A stretch of 32,000 nt of DNA. Origin: Coprobacillaceae bacterium. GTDB lineage: Bacteria > Bacillota_I > Bacilli_A > Erysipelotrichales > Coprobacillaceae. The notes under the pieces are model-generated. The model was not told the DNA's origin. It did not search any database and saw only the letters and a list, made by a program, of their open reading frames with translations. The stretch covers positions 2,550,001 to 2,582,000 of the forward strand of contig OY776328.1 in the NCBI GenBank assembly GCA_963675515.1. Direction: 5' to 3'. Both the position numbers and the translations under genes were made by a program. Shown here piece after piece: positions 1 through 7,203 of this stretch. The number at the start of each line of letters is the position of its first letter. The stretch's first letter is position 1.

Positions 1-276
1 GTTCACAAAGTAATTCATAATAGTTTTAAAAGGAACAATCTGATAATACACCATAAAATCACCAGTGCTATCATGAATCTCTTTTAGTGTATCTTTGTCG
101 AATATCCAAATTGGCAATATAGTAACTTTTATTAAAAACAACGAATAGAAGACCGACATTACGATAAACTCAAATCGAAAATTTGTCACTTTCATCTTTT
201 TTTGAACGATGAATAGGAAACCACTAATAGTTACTAAGAGAAATATAAATGTACTTATATGAAAGTCAATAACCAT
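1..276 (-). CDS. VanZ-like membrane protein, first 92 codons only (the rest lies beyond the window start)
   Basis: Own translation of the minus strand from ATG at 276-274, in frame to position 1: MVIDFHISTFIFLLVTISGFLFIVQKK...FMVYYQIVPFKTIMNYFVN. It has two hydrophobic segments and an IVPFKTI motif typical of VanZ-family proteins. It is absent from the ORF track because it runs off the window. Confidence 0.45.
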   Translation of the reverse strand, partial: MVIDFHISTFIFLLVTISGFLFIVQKKMKVTNFRFEFIVMSVFYSLFLIKVTILPIWIFDKDTLKEIHDSTGDFMVYYQIVPFKTIMNYFVN

Positions 277-419
277 TTTCCAACCCTAATCCCAAGAAAT
301 GGTGAATTTCCCTTTCCAACGTTGTCCTGACCAGTCACGGAAGTAAATTCCATAAGTTCCTGTCTCTCTCGCATCATTACTTCTACGTATGATGTATCAA
401 TATCAACTAAAAATTCCAT
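255..419 (-). CDS. hypothetical 54-aa protein (below the ORF-track cutoff)
   Basis: ATG at 419-417 is preceded by GAGGGGGG (432-425) with a 5-nt spacer. Translation is MEFLVDIDTSYVEVMMRERQELMEFTSVTGQDNVGKGNSPFLGIRVGKWLLTFI, with stop TAA at 257-255. Its 3' end overlaps the VanZ-like start by 22 nt. I recognise no family. Confidence 0.25.
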   Translation of the reverse strand: MEFLVDIDTSYVEVMMRERQELMEFTSVTGQDNVGKGNSPFLGIRVGKWLLTFI

Positions 420-434
420 AATATCCCCCCTCGT

Positions 435-442
435 AAGTTAAC
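435..442. repeat. left copy of the 8-bp target-site duplication AAGTTAAC
   Basis: AAGTTAAC sits immediately outside IRL (443) and recurs identically immediately outside IRR at 2121-2128. Confidence 0.85.
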
Positions 443-2120
443 GGTAGTGTCAAAACCAGTTAGTTATTTACAACCATAATTAACTGGAAAACCGCATTCT
501 ACCTTGGTTTTTTATATATTTAGGTGAATTCCCCCGGATTTCACCCTATAATTTGACCATTTTGTTTACAAAAAAAGGTAACAGCCTCATAATTGTAAGT
601 GTCTAAACCACAATAAGGAGGACTGTTACCATGGTCAAAATTATATCATTAATAATCAATTTTTTAAATATCATTCGTAGATTTTTGTACAAATTTGAGT
701 GTTTCCTGCTAAAGCATCTTCCCAGTGATGGTACGGATTCAAGTAAGAGTGAACCATATCGTCGTTTCAAAATGCATCCGCTTCCTGTTATTGAACCGCA
801 ATTAATCCCCATCCCATTTCAACAGGCCAGGGATGAGTATGAATCCAAACATAAACGACCTTTGAAACCGGTGTTTAGACATGAAGGCAAAGACTATCCA
901 TCTGAAGATACTGTTTGCCCACATTGCGGCGCCACTCATGAATACCTGACTTTCAACAACGGAATCAAGAAATCCCAAGTTAAGTGCAAAGTTTGTGATA
1001 CGACTTTCTCACTTAATAAGAGTTATTCGCAACAATTGATCCGCAAGTGTCCTCACTGCGGCCGCAAGTTGACGTTGATCAAATCACGTGATGGTTTTGA
1101 TGTCTATAAATGTCAAAACTCTAGATGTTCTCACTATAAGAGTGAGTTGAAGAAACTAACAAAAGAAGATAAAAAGAAATACAAGGTAAATCCTTCTAAA
1201 TTCTCGCTTCACTACATAACCCGCGTCTTCGATGCTTCAATCGAAAAACTTGAAAGCATCCAGCTGAAAATAGCACCATCAAAAGTTGATCTCTCCAGAA
1301 TCCACAATTCTAAGCATGTTTTAGGCCTAGCGTTGACGTATTACGTTAATTATGGCCTGTCTCTTAGAAAAACCGCTTTGGTTTTATACGAGATTCACGA
1401 TATCAAAATATCCCATCAAACAATAGCTAACTACGCTCAGGCAGCCAGCCATCTCCTATTTCCGTGGATGGATAACTACAAGCACGATTTGAACTCGTAT
1501 CATTGTGGAGACGAAACATACGTCAAAGTTTTAGGAAAAAAAGCCTATGTATTTTTCATGTGCGATGTTAGGAAAAAAATAATAACTTCGTATCGAATTT
1601 TCATGAAAAGAGATACCTTTGCGGCTATAAATGCCTTTTATTCAGTCATGAGAAAATTCAAAAAGTTACCGACTGACTTTGAGATCGTTGTTGACGGAAA
1701 TCCGATATATAAAGCCGCTCAACAGTATTTTCAAATCAAAAGAGTATTTTTTAAAGTGACTCAAGTAATTGGACTTACGAATGATGATCCTGTATCAAAA
1801 GAACATCGCCCTGCCAAACAAATAATAGAGCGTTTGAATAGAACATTTGGAGAAACCTACGCGATCAAAAATGGCTTCAACTCATTGGATGGCGCAAATG
1901 ATTTCATGTGTCTGTTCACAACATATTTCAATTTCCTAAGAAATCACACCTCCCTGGGATACAAGCCACCAGTTGAATTGGATTGTTTGAAGAAAACTCA
2001 TAACATGCCAAACAAGTGGAACATCCTCATGGAAGAAGCGCTTAAGTATTACCGACAAAACGAACACGAAACTCTATTATGAAAAAATCACTGTTTTTCC
2101 ATAACGAATTTGACACTACC
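443..2120 (+). mobile_element. IS6-family insertion sequence, complete (1678 bp)
   Basis: Terminal inverted repeats are GGTAGTGTCAAA (443-454) and TTTGACACTACC (2109-2120), a 12-bp perfect match that resembles the GG-initiated short IRs of IS26-type elements. It carries a single DDE transposase ORF. It is flanked by an 8-bp direct repeat, the duplication size characteristic of IS6. Confidence 0.85.
631..2082 (+). CDS. IS6-family DDE transposase with an N-terminal double zinc-ribbon extension
   Basis: AAGGAGG at 615-621 lies 9 nt before the ATG. Two CxxC...CxxC pairs are present (CPHCGATH...CKVCDTTF and CPHCGRKL...CQNSRCSH). The IS240/IS6-type catalytic core is present: HCGDETYVKVLGKKAYVFFMCD, VVDGNPIYK and IIERLNRTFGETY. 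Confidence 0.85.
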   Translation: MVKIISLIINFLNIIRRFLYKFECFLLKHLPSDGTDSSKSEPYRRFKMHPLPVIEPQLIPIPFQQARDEYESKHKRPLKPVFRHEGKDYPSEDTVCPHCGATHEYLTFNNGIKKSQVKCKVCDTTFSLNKSYSQQLIRKCPHCGRKLTLIKSRDGFDVYKCQNSRCSHYKSELKKLTKEDKKKYKVNPSKFSLHYITRVFDASIEKLESIQLKIAPSKVDLSRIHNSKHVLGLALTYYVNYGLSLRKTALVLYEIHDIKISHQTIANYAQAASHLLFPWMDNYKHDLNSYHCGDETYVKVLGKKAYVFFMCDVRKKIITSYRIFMKRDTFAAINAFYSVMRKFKKLPTDFEIVVDGNPIYKAAQQYFQIKRVFFKVTQVIGLTNDDPVSKEHRPAKQIIERLNRTFGETYAIKNGFNSLDGANDFMCLFTTYFNFLRNHTSLGYKPPVELDCLKKTHNMPNKWNILMEEALKYYRQNEHETLL

Positions 2121-2128
2121 AAGTTAAC
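2121..2128. repeat. right copy of the 8-bp target-site duplication AAGTTAAC
   Basis: Identical to 435-442 and directly abuts IRR. Confidence 0.85.
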
Positions 2129-2178
2129 CCTTATTCAAACAACTTCATATCAGCTTGCATAACTTACATATCAGTTGA

Positions 2179-2970
2179 CTACTCGTATAACATATCCATG
2201 GATTCCTCATTGCCATTCCAACTGACTTTACAAGTAATCTGTTTATTAAGGTTATCAAGAAAAAATTCTATATGGCCACCAAAAATGTAATAGTCCTCGT
2301 CCTTCATAGTTGAGGCCTCCAGTGGTGCATGAACAGAAAAGTTCACTGCATCTATATCAACCACAACAATTTCATCATCCACCAAGGCATTTAAGTCACC
2401 GACATATTTGATACCGTAAGTTGCTCGGGTGTATTGGTCATCATAGACTGTCCCGGATTCGTCAGCGATCTCGTTTGAATAATATTCCATGATATACACA
2501 ACTTGCCAATTGTCACTGCAGGCTTCATATATGCGGGTACTTCCATCATTTAAGTTAAAGGTGACCGCCTGGAATATTGTCTCCGCTGCGGTATCACCAG
2601 TTTGAAGAATCACTGCATTTCGCGATTGCAGTGTTTGGTTTATCGATGTTGCAAAAGTTTCATTAAAACTACTTACCGATGTATTACGGCCCACCATATT
2701 ATCGAATATGTAGATGAACAAATTATCTTCCGTATCATTTATATCATATATGGTGGGTTCAACCTCCCCAATTCGATATTCGCTAGGATCCAGATCATAA
2801 TCATAATTCAAGGCAACTCCACTGGCCATAATTTCAGCCACGATATCTTCAGTATTGTACCATCCTGATTTAGGAATTGAAGCCTGATTGGAATCAGGTC
2901 TACTCAAGTATGCAGCTCCTGCTACGGCCAGAAGAACAATCACTATTATGGCTATTACTTTATTTTTCAT
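2179..2970 (-). CDS. hypothetical membrane-anchored or secreted protein (263 aa)
   Basis: ATG is preceded by GAGGGG. The N-terminus MKNKVIAIIVIVLLAVAGAAYLS is a signal/anchor helix and the rest is acidic and hydrophilic. I recognise no family. Confidence 0.6.
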   Translation of the reverse strand: MKNKVIAIIVIVLLAVAGAAYLSRPDSNQASIPKSGWYNTEDIVAEIMASGVALNYDYDLDPSEYRIGEVEPTIYDINDTEDNLFIYIFDNMVGRNTSVSSFNETFATSINQTLQSRNAVILQTGDTAAETIFQAVTFNLNDGSTRIYEACSDNWQVVYIMEYYSNEIADESGTVYDDQYTRATYGIKYVGDLNALVDDEIVVVDIDAVNFSVHAPLEASTMKDEDYYIFGGHIEFFLDNLNKQITCKVSWNGNEESMDMLYE

Positions 2971-3082
2971 TTGTTACCCCTCATAACTTAACCTTTTTCC
3001 GGTATTGCAAATATCTAGACCTGATATGTGTCGGGACAAAAGCATTTCCAATACCCAATCTAAATTCATATTATACTCGGTA

Positions 3083-3532
3083 TTATATTAACTCTTCTAA
3101 AATATATAACATACTACCGTTTTTACTGTAAATAATCATCAACATGTCATTATTTTTCTCAATTTTCATAAAATTATAGTTGTCAAATGCGGGATAATAC
3201 TGCTCATCTACCCGGAAGTCATCACTTTCCTTCAATTCTTTGATAGTTGCCATAAACTCTGACTGCATCTCTTTTCCGTAATCATTTTGTAAACCAACAA
3301 CAAAAACATCGTTTTCAGAACTCATGAAAACACTATATCTATCCCCATCGCCCGTGATTCCATGATCGCTTGATAGATTATATTGAAGTTGCATGTTCTG
3401 AGGAAGCAATATACCCCATCTTTCATTATACATTTCGACTAAACTTGACTGATGAAACAAGTACCACGCACCTATTAAAACAAATGATGAAATTATTGCT
3501 GCAATTATTAACTTTCTCATTAGACACATCAT
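3083..3532 (-). CDS. hypothetical membrane-anchored protein (149 aa)
   Basis: N-terminal helix RKLIIAAIISSFVLIGAWYLF is followed by a soluble domain containing GDGDRYSVF. The start could instead be the MRKL ATG at 3520. No family recognised. Confidence 0.55.
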   Translation of the reverse strand: MMCLMRKLIIAAIISSFVLIGAWYLFHQSSLVEMYNERWGILLPQNMQLQYNLSSDHGITGDGDRYSVFMSSENDVFVVGLQNDYGKEMQSEFMATIKELKESDDFRVDEQYYPAFDNYNFMKIEKNNDMLMIIYSKNGSMLYILEELI

Positions 3533-3613
3533 TCTTTCTTCCAGTTATCATTTGACCATGTAGTTTCAACTTCTCTATTTGGGATCTGTGTTTGTTCTGG
3601 ATGTTAATCCAAA

Positions 3614-3850
3614 TTATTCTTTCAAATCCTCAATAATGATAATCTCGCAGTTACCACATTTATAAGCTTTGACTCGCCAACCATAAGGGAATACAAACCT
3701 GCCCATCCCGGTCTCGTAATCTCCAATCCCATGAAGTTTTAAGAAGGGCCGATTTTTGTCTATAGGAGTCCATGCTAGCGGACAAGCGGTATTCTCAATG
3801 AATCCCTCTAACATCTCATGATTGCAATATGGACATTTCTTTTTAGTCAT
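3614..3850 (-). CDS. small zinc-ribbon protein (78 aa), resembles the DUF6487-type family of Firmicutes
   Basis: CPYC at the N-terminus and CGNC near the C-terminus bracket a roughly 55-aa core. AGAGGTG lies 6 nt upstream of the ATG. The family name is from memory and was not verified. Confidence 0.5.
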   Translation of the reverse strand: MTKKKCPYCNHEMLEGFIENTACPLAWTPIDKNRPFLKLHGIGDYETGMGRFVFPYGWRVKAYKCGNCEIIIIEDLKE

Positions 3851-3907
3851 TTTGTCACCTCTATATATGTGTACTTGCTATTGATGTTCAATAATTTTTT
3901 TAACTCT

Positions 3908-4423
3908 CTAAAGGTATTTTTCCATTCGAATGTCACTGTACCAGGATCCGGCCCAGAAGGTAAAATTCTTAAATTCATGAAAAGGTGTATATCCAAGCTT
4001 GTTATAGAAATTTATCGCATTCTCATTGAATTCAAAAACACCCAATTCTATCCGGTCAAGGCCTAGCTCTAAAGATTTACTTTCAACAAATGACATCATC
4101 TTGGTGCCATAGCCTTTCCCCCTGTAATTAGCCTCTCCAATTAGAATTGAAATCCAACTTGTGTTTTGGCCCTTTCTGGCTAAATGTCGCGGATTGACCG
4201 TAATAGAGACCTCCCCTATTGGCAAATCATCATCATAGGCAATATAATAATATTTGTTCAAATCACAGATAGATTTAATCATTTCTTCTGTTGAATATAC
4301 TTCATAGGACCCTGCTTCAAAGTTAGGCCTTATGAAATGTTGGATAGCCTCATCATTGTACCAGTTAACCATAGTCTTAATAATATTCGCGTCGGCGGTT
4401 GTTACTTGTTTAAATTCTAGCAT
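3908..4423 (-). CDS. GNAT-family N-acetyltransferase (171 aa)
   Basis: Acetyl-CoA binding motif YRGKGYGTKMM is followed by AINFYNKLGY. I trimmed the start to MLEFKQV (ATG 4423) because AGAGGGG precedes it, whereas the ORF-track start at 4459 has no SD. Confidence 0.8.
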   Translation of the reverse strand: MLEFKQVTTADANIIKTMVNWYNDEAIQHFIRPNFEAGSYEVYSTEEMIKSICDLNKYYYIAYDDDLPIGEVSITVNPRHLARKGQNTSWISILIGEANYRGKGYGTKMMSFVESKSLELGLDRIELGVFEFNENAINFYNKLGYTPFHEFKNFTFWAGSWYSDIRMEKYL

Positions 4424-4523
4424 ATTATTGGATCCCCTCTTTTGTGCTACACACCTCAAAATTTCGAGGCGTTGAATTGCTTAGATTGATAATCTAATGA
4501 TAATCGTCAGATAAATCTTCTGA

Positions 4524-4685
4524 CTAATTCTTGAACAGTCTATCCGATTTCCATATCGCTAGTAAACCAAAACCGCATACTGTTGTAACGATTCCCTTAA
4601 TTAATGGGTCTGAAGTATACCCCCATATGATATATAATACAAAAAATGAGGCAAGCATCAAAAAGAACTTTTTGAATTTTTTCAT
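4524..4685 (-). CDS. hypothetical small membrane protein (53 aa, below the ORF-track cutoff)
   Basis: ATG at 4685 follows TAGGGGAATTAATTT. Translation is MKKFKKFFLMLASFFVLYIIWGYTSDPLIKGIVTTVCGFGLLAIWKSDRLFKN, with two predicted helices, and TAG stop at 4526-4524. Confidence 0.35.
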   Translation of the reverse strand: MKKFKKFFLMLASFFVLYIIWGYTSDPLIKGIVTTVCGFGLLAIWKSDRLFKN

Positions 4686-4812
4686 AAATTAATTCCCCTA
4701 TATGATACATTTATAAATTTCATCAAACACACCAATATCCACACTAAGATGGGTATGTATTCTCCAGGCGAAAATTGATTCACAGAACACCCCATGTACT
4801 TAGCTCATGCAT

Positions 4813-5223
4813 TTATTTTTTGGGATAATGATATTCCAATATTCCATTATTCAAAATAGCTCCTAATATCCCTACAATACCCGTAGCGATTGGAACATAA
4901 TACCAGATTAGAAAATGCGGCACCGAAAAGAAAAATATTGCATCATAACTTTGATACCAAACAATAAATGCCACAATAAAACTAACAACTAAGAATATTT
5001 TATGGAGCTTTATTCTGTATGAAATTCCAAATAATTCAATTAATAAAGTTACAATTGAATAGCAAATAAAATAATTTACAGTTTCAAATAAAAACATACG
5101 AAAATAATCCAGGAACCTCAATTCAAAATCTGGTGAATAATTGAGATTGTTAACCACTACAATAATAAATGTCAATAGAGTTATAATTATATTGACGTTA
5201 TTTTTTACCACACTTTGTTGCAT
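4813..5223 (-). CDS. hypothetical polytopic membrane protein (136 aa)
   Basis: Start trimmed to MQQSVVKN (ATG 5223), which follows GAGAGGGGG with a 7-nt spacer. The ORF-track start at 5361 is a GTG with no spacer after its SD-like sequence. Four hydrophobic segments are present. Confidence 0.55.
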   Translation of the reverse strand: MQQSVVKNNVNIIITLLTFIIVVVNNLNYSPDFELRFLDYFRMFLFETVNYFICYSIVTLLIELFGISYRIKLHKIFLVVSFIVAFIVWYQSYDAIFFFSVPHFLIWYYVPIATGIVGILGAILNNGILEYHYPKK

Positions 5224-5475
5224 ATAATTCCCCCTCTCTGCATATCTAAATACTACACCAATACAAAATATAAGTAAATAAAAACACGGTAATTTAATCA
5301 TATGTCTATTTTTAAAACAGTAACATTGCCCTATTTCACATATCCAAATAATGTCCTCCACTCCCTTATTAATTTCAGATAATCGACTCTAACCCCATTT
5401 TTGAGCTATGTTATCACACATAAAAAAGGCCATTTGCGGAAATTGAGCTGAATTGTTCAATCCCTACAAAAAGGC

Positions 5476-5480
5476 CTTAT
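5476..5480. repeat. left copy of the 5-bp target-site duplication CTTAT
   Basis: CTTAT directly abuts the left IR (5481) and recurs directly after the right IR at 7185-7189. Confidence 0.7.
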
Positions 5481-5513
5481 CCTTAGTTCCCGGGTGGTTT
5501 TTCTAACCACATA

Positions 5514-7019
5514 TCAGGTTTTCGGTATTCTGACCGGGCATTCAATACCGAATGCTTTGTAACAGTCATTCGCCTTCTTGAAAGCTTCTTGAGTGATTAC
5601 AGCATTATCATATACTTTGCATTTTTGGTTTCGCAGGTTCAGGAACAAGGATTGAGGATTCATTTTGGTACCCTTCAGCTTGTCTTGAACCATCTTACAG
5701 AACACAGTTGCGATGAACGTTAACAACAGGTGGCCTCTGAAGGTGTCCTCATTTTGCACTCGCAAGGGCAATAGATCCGCATAGTTCTTGCTGATGTCGA
5801 AAATTTGTTCAACCTGTTGCCGGGTATAGTAAAGCGGCAGGATTTTATCCTTCGCTATGCGTCTCGATGAGACCAAAATGAATATTCCTTTGTTTTTCAT
5901 CTTCTCGTAAACGTCTTCATCACTGAGTTTTTGATCTTTTGCCTTCTGGAACAACTTATGGCTTTCGCTCGATTTCCGATCAAGGTCAAGACCGATGTAG
6001 GCATATCCGGTGTAACCTTCAACAAGTTCGCACTCAACCCGTTTGATATAGGCATAACGGCTGTTATAGCTTACGAAATTCTCTTTATCCTGGATGCCAT
6101 CGAGATGGTTGTTTACCAGGTGCTTGTATAGCTTCAGGTTTTCCTTAAGTCTTGTGACGAATGATATCTTGTTCTCATATAGGTGCAGGAGATTACCATC
6201 CGAATAGTATCCGGCATCAAGAATGGCAAATTTAGTGTTGACGCCACTTTCCTTCAACTCAGCTATGGTTCTGACCAATGTGGGTGTATCGATGACGTTG
6301 CCTGGACAATAACGGAAGTATATCGGCATTCCGGTATCCTGCTGGGTCACATAGATCAGCCTTACCTCATTGCTTATATGACCGTTATGGTTACTGATGG
6401 CCGTCAAGGGAAAGTGGATATCGTTAGGAAGTCCAGTGCTGTCAATCAGTATCCCGGTTTCCTTGATTGTGTTGTCTTTACTGAACAGGAATTCCAAATA
6501 TGCCTTGAAGAATTCACGCTCCGAGTATTCATCCCCGATAGCGGTGAGAAAATCACTAATCCGCTGGCTGGTAAGGTTTGCCTTTGGATACAGGATTCTC
6601 GCATAGTTGCCTTCGAACCAGTCAATGGCGTTGCAGTTAGCCATGTTACACAATATATAGTAGGAAAGCATCGCTTTTAGGGTATCCGGATTTCCGTATC
6701 CGATCTCATCTACTACTTTATCCAAGCCTGTTTGCTTCAGATATTCATTGATGAAGAAGCTGTCTCCGAAGTCCAGGATAAGTTTCATCTTTCCTCTGTC
6801 TCCGTTTGAATCGGGTACAAAATCCACAGGTGATTTGCCATAGCCGTTTTCAACGGAATAGGTGAACACACCAAGTGACCGGTTCTGAAAGATTCCGCGC
6901 TCTTTATCAAGAACTCGTCCGAGATTAGTATACGTTTTCTTGACTTTCTTTCCCTCACGGATCGAGGTGCAAACCTTGCCATATTCAATTCCGTTTTTGA
7001 TATCATAAGCGATAAACAT
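5514..7019 (-). CDS. IS1634/IS4-type DDE transposase (501 aa)
   Basis: Candidate catalytic D residues lie in ILIDSTGLPN and FAILDAGYYS. The IS4 signature Y(2)R(3)E(6)K is present in YYTRQQVEQIFDISK. The N-terminal YGKVCTSIREGKKVKKTYTNLGRV segment is typical of IS1634-group proteins. GGGAG SD precedes the ATG at 7019. Confidence 0.8.
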   Translation of the reverse strand: MFIAYDIKNGIEYGKVCTSIREGKKVKKTYTNLGRVLDKERGIFQNRSLGVFTYSVENGYGKSPVDFVPDSNGDRGKMKLILDFGDSFFINEYLKQTGLDKVVDEIGYGNPDTLKAMLSYYILCNMANCNAIDWFEGNYARILYPKANLTSQRISDFLTAIGDEYSEREFFKAYLEFLFSKDNTIKETGILIDSTGLPNDIHFPLTAISNHNGHISNEVRLIYVTQQDTGMPIYFRYCPGNVIDTPTLVRTIAELKESGVNTKFAILDAGYYSDGNLLHLYENKISFVTRLKENLKLYKHLVNNHLDGIQDKENFVSYNSRYAYIKRVECELVEGYTGYAYIGLDLDRKSSESHKLFQKAKDQKLSDEDVYEKMKNKGIFILVSSRRIAKDKILPLYYTRQQVEQIFDISKNYADLLPLRVQNEDTFRGHLLLTFIATVFCKMVQDKLKGTKMNPQSLFLNLRNQKCKVYDNAVITQEAFKKANDCYKAFGIECPVRIPKT

Positions 7020-7033
7020 GGTTTTCTCCCTTC

Positions 7034-7067
7034 GTGGTTAGAAATATCTTCTAACCACATTATACCA
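7034..7067 (-). promoter_or_regulatory. transposase promoter -10 plus a leader hairpin built from the IR 10-mer
   Basis: On the minus strand, TGGTATAAT (extended -10, 7067-7059) is followed directly by GTGGTTAGAA-GATAT-TTCTAACCAC (7058-7034). This is a perfect 10-bp stem with a 5-nt loop. GAAGGGAGAAAACC-ATG follows it. Confidence 0.55.
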
Positions 7068-7184
7068 CATTTGGCATAAAAAGGAAGTGTTCGAAAGTTA
7101 AAAAATCAAGTAAATATAAGGGTTTCCGCGTATTCAGTCTAATGCAAAGGCAGAGTGGTTAGAAACTCTACCCGGGAACTACGG

Positions 7185-7189
7185 CTTAT
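7185..7189. repeat. right copy of the 5-bp target-site duplication CTTAT
   Basis: Identical to 5476-5480 and directly abuts the right IR. Confidence 0.7.
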
Positions 7190-7203
7190 TTTAATTGAAT
7201 ATT

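Larger units (their letters stand above)
5481..7184 (-). mobile_element. IS4-superfamily / IS1634-like insertion sequence, complete (1704 bp)
   Basis: The 30-bp imperfect terminal inverted repeats are CCTTAGTTCCCGGGTGGTTTTTCTAACCAC (5481-5510) and GTGGTTAGAAACTCTACCCGGGAACTACGG (7155-7184), 26/30 complementary by hand alignment. It has a single transposase ORF and a 5-bp flanking direct repeat. Confidence 0.8.

Noticed and set aside
2110-2115. Outward-facing TTGACA hexamers inside both IS6 IRs (2110-2115 on plus, 453-448 on minus) as hybrid promoters
   Set aside because: IS6-family ends are known to supply -35 boxes. Here, however, the sequences 16-18 nt further out (ATTCAA on the right, GGGGGG on the left) are not usable -10 hexamers.
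3908-4423. GNAT as the toxin of a GNAT/RHH (TacT/AtaT-type) toxin-antitoxin pair
   Set aside because: No small RHH/DUF1778-like antitoxin gene overlaps or immediately precedes it. The upstream neighbour is a hydrophobic 53-aa peptide about 100 nt away, and the downstream neighbour is a zinc-ribbon protein.
5423-5476. Direct repeat AAAAAGGCC at 5423-5431 and 5468-5476, next to the IS1634-like left end
   Set aside because: It is short and AT-rich, with a 4-bp GC core. It forms no stable hairpin (42-nt loop) and is not positioned as a terminator or att site.
6183-6680. 165-aa plus-strand ORF inside the IS1634-like element, antisense to the transposase
   Set aside because: It has no SD and no motifs, and it is fully contained in the transposase coding region. 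I treat it as a shadow ORF rather than a second IS gene.
443-7184. The two IS elements forming a composite transposon around the islet
   Set aside because: The elements belong to different families (IS6 versus IS4/IS1634) with unrelated ends. Each also carries its own intact target-site duplication, which indicates independent simple insertions.
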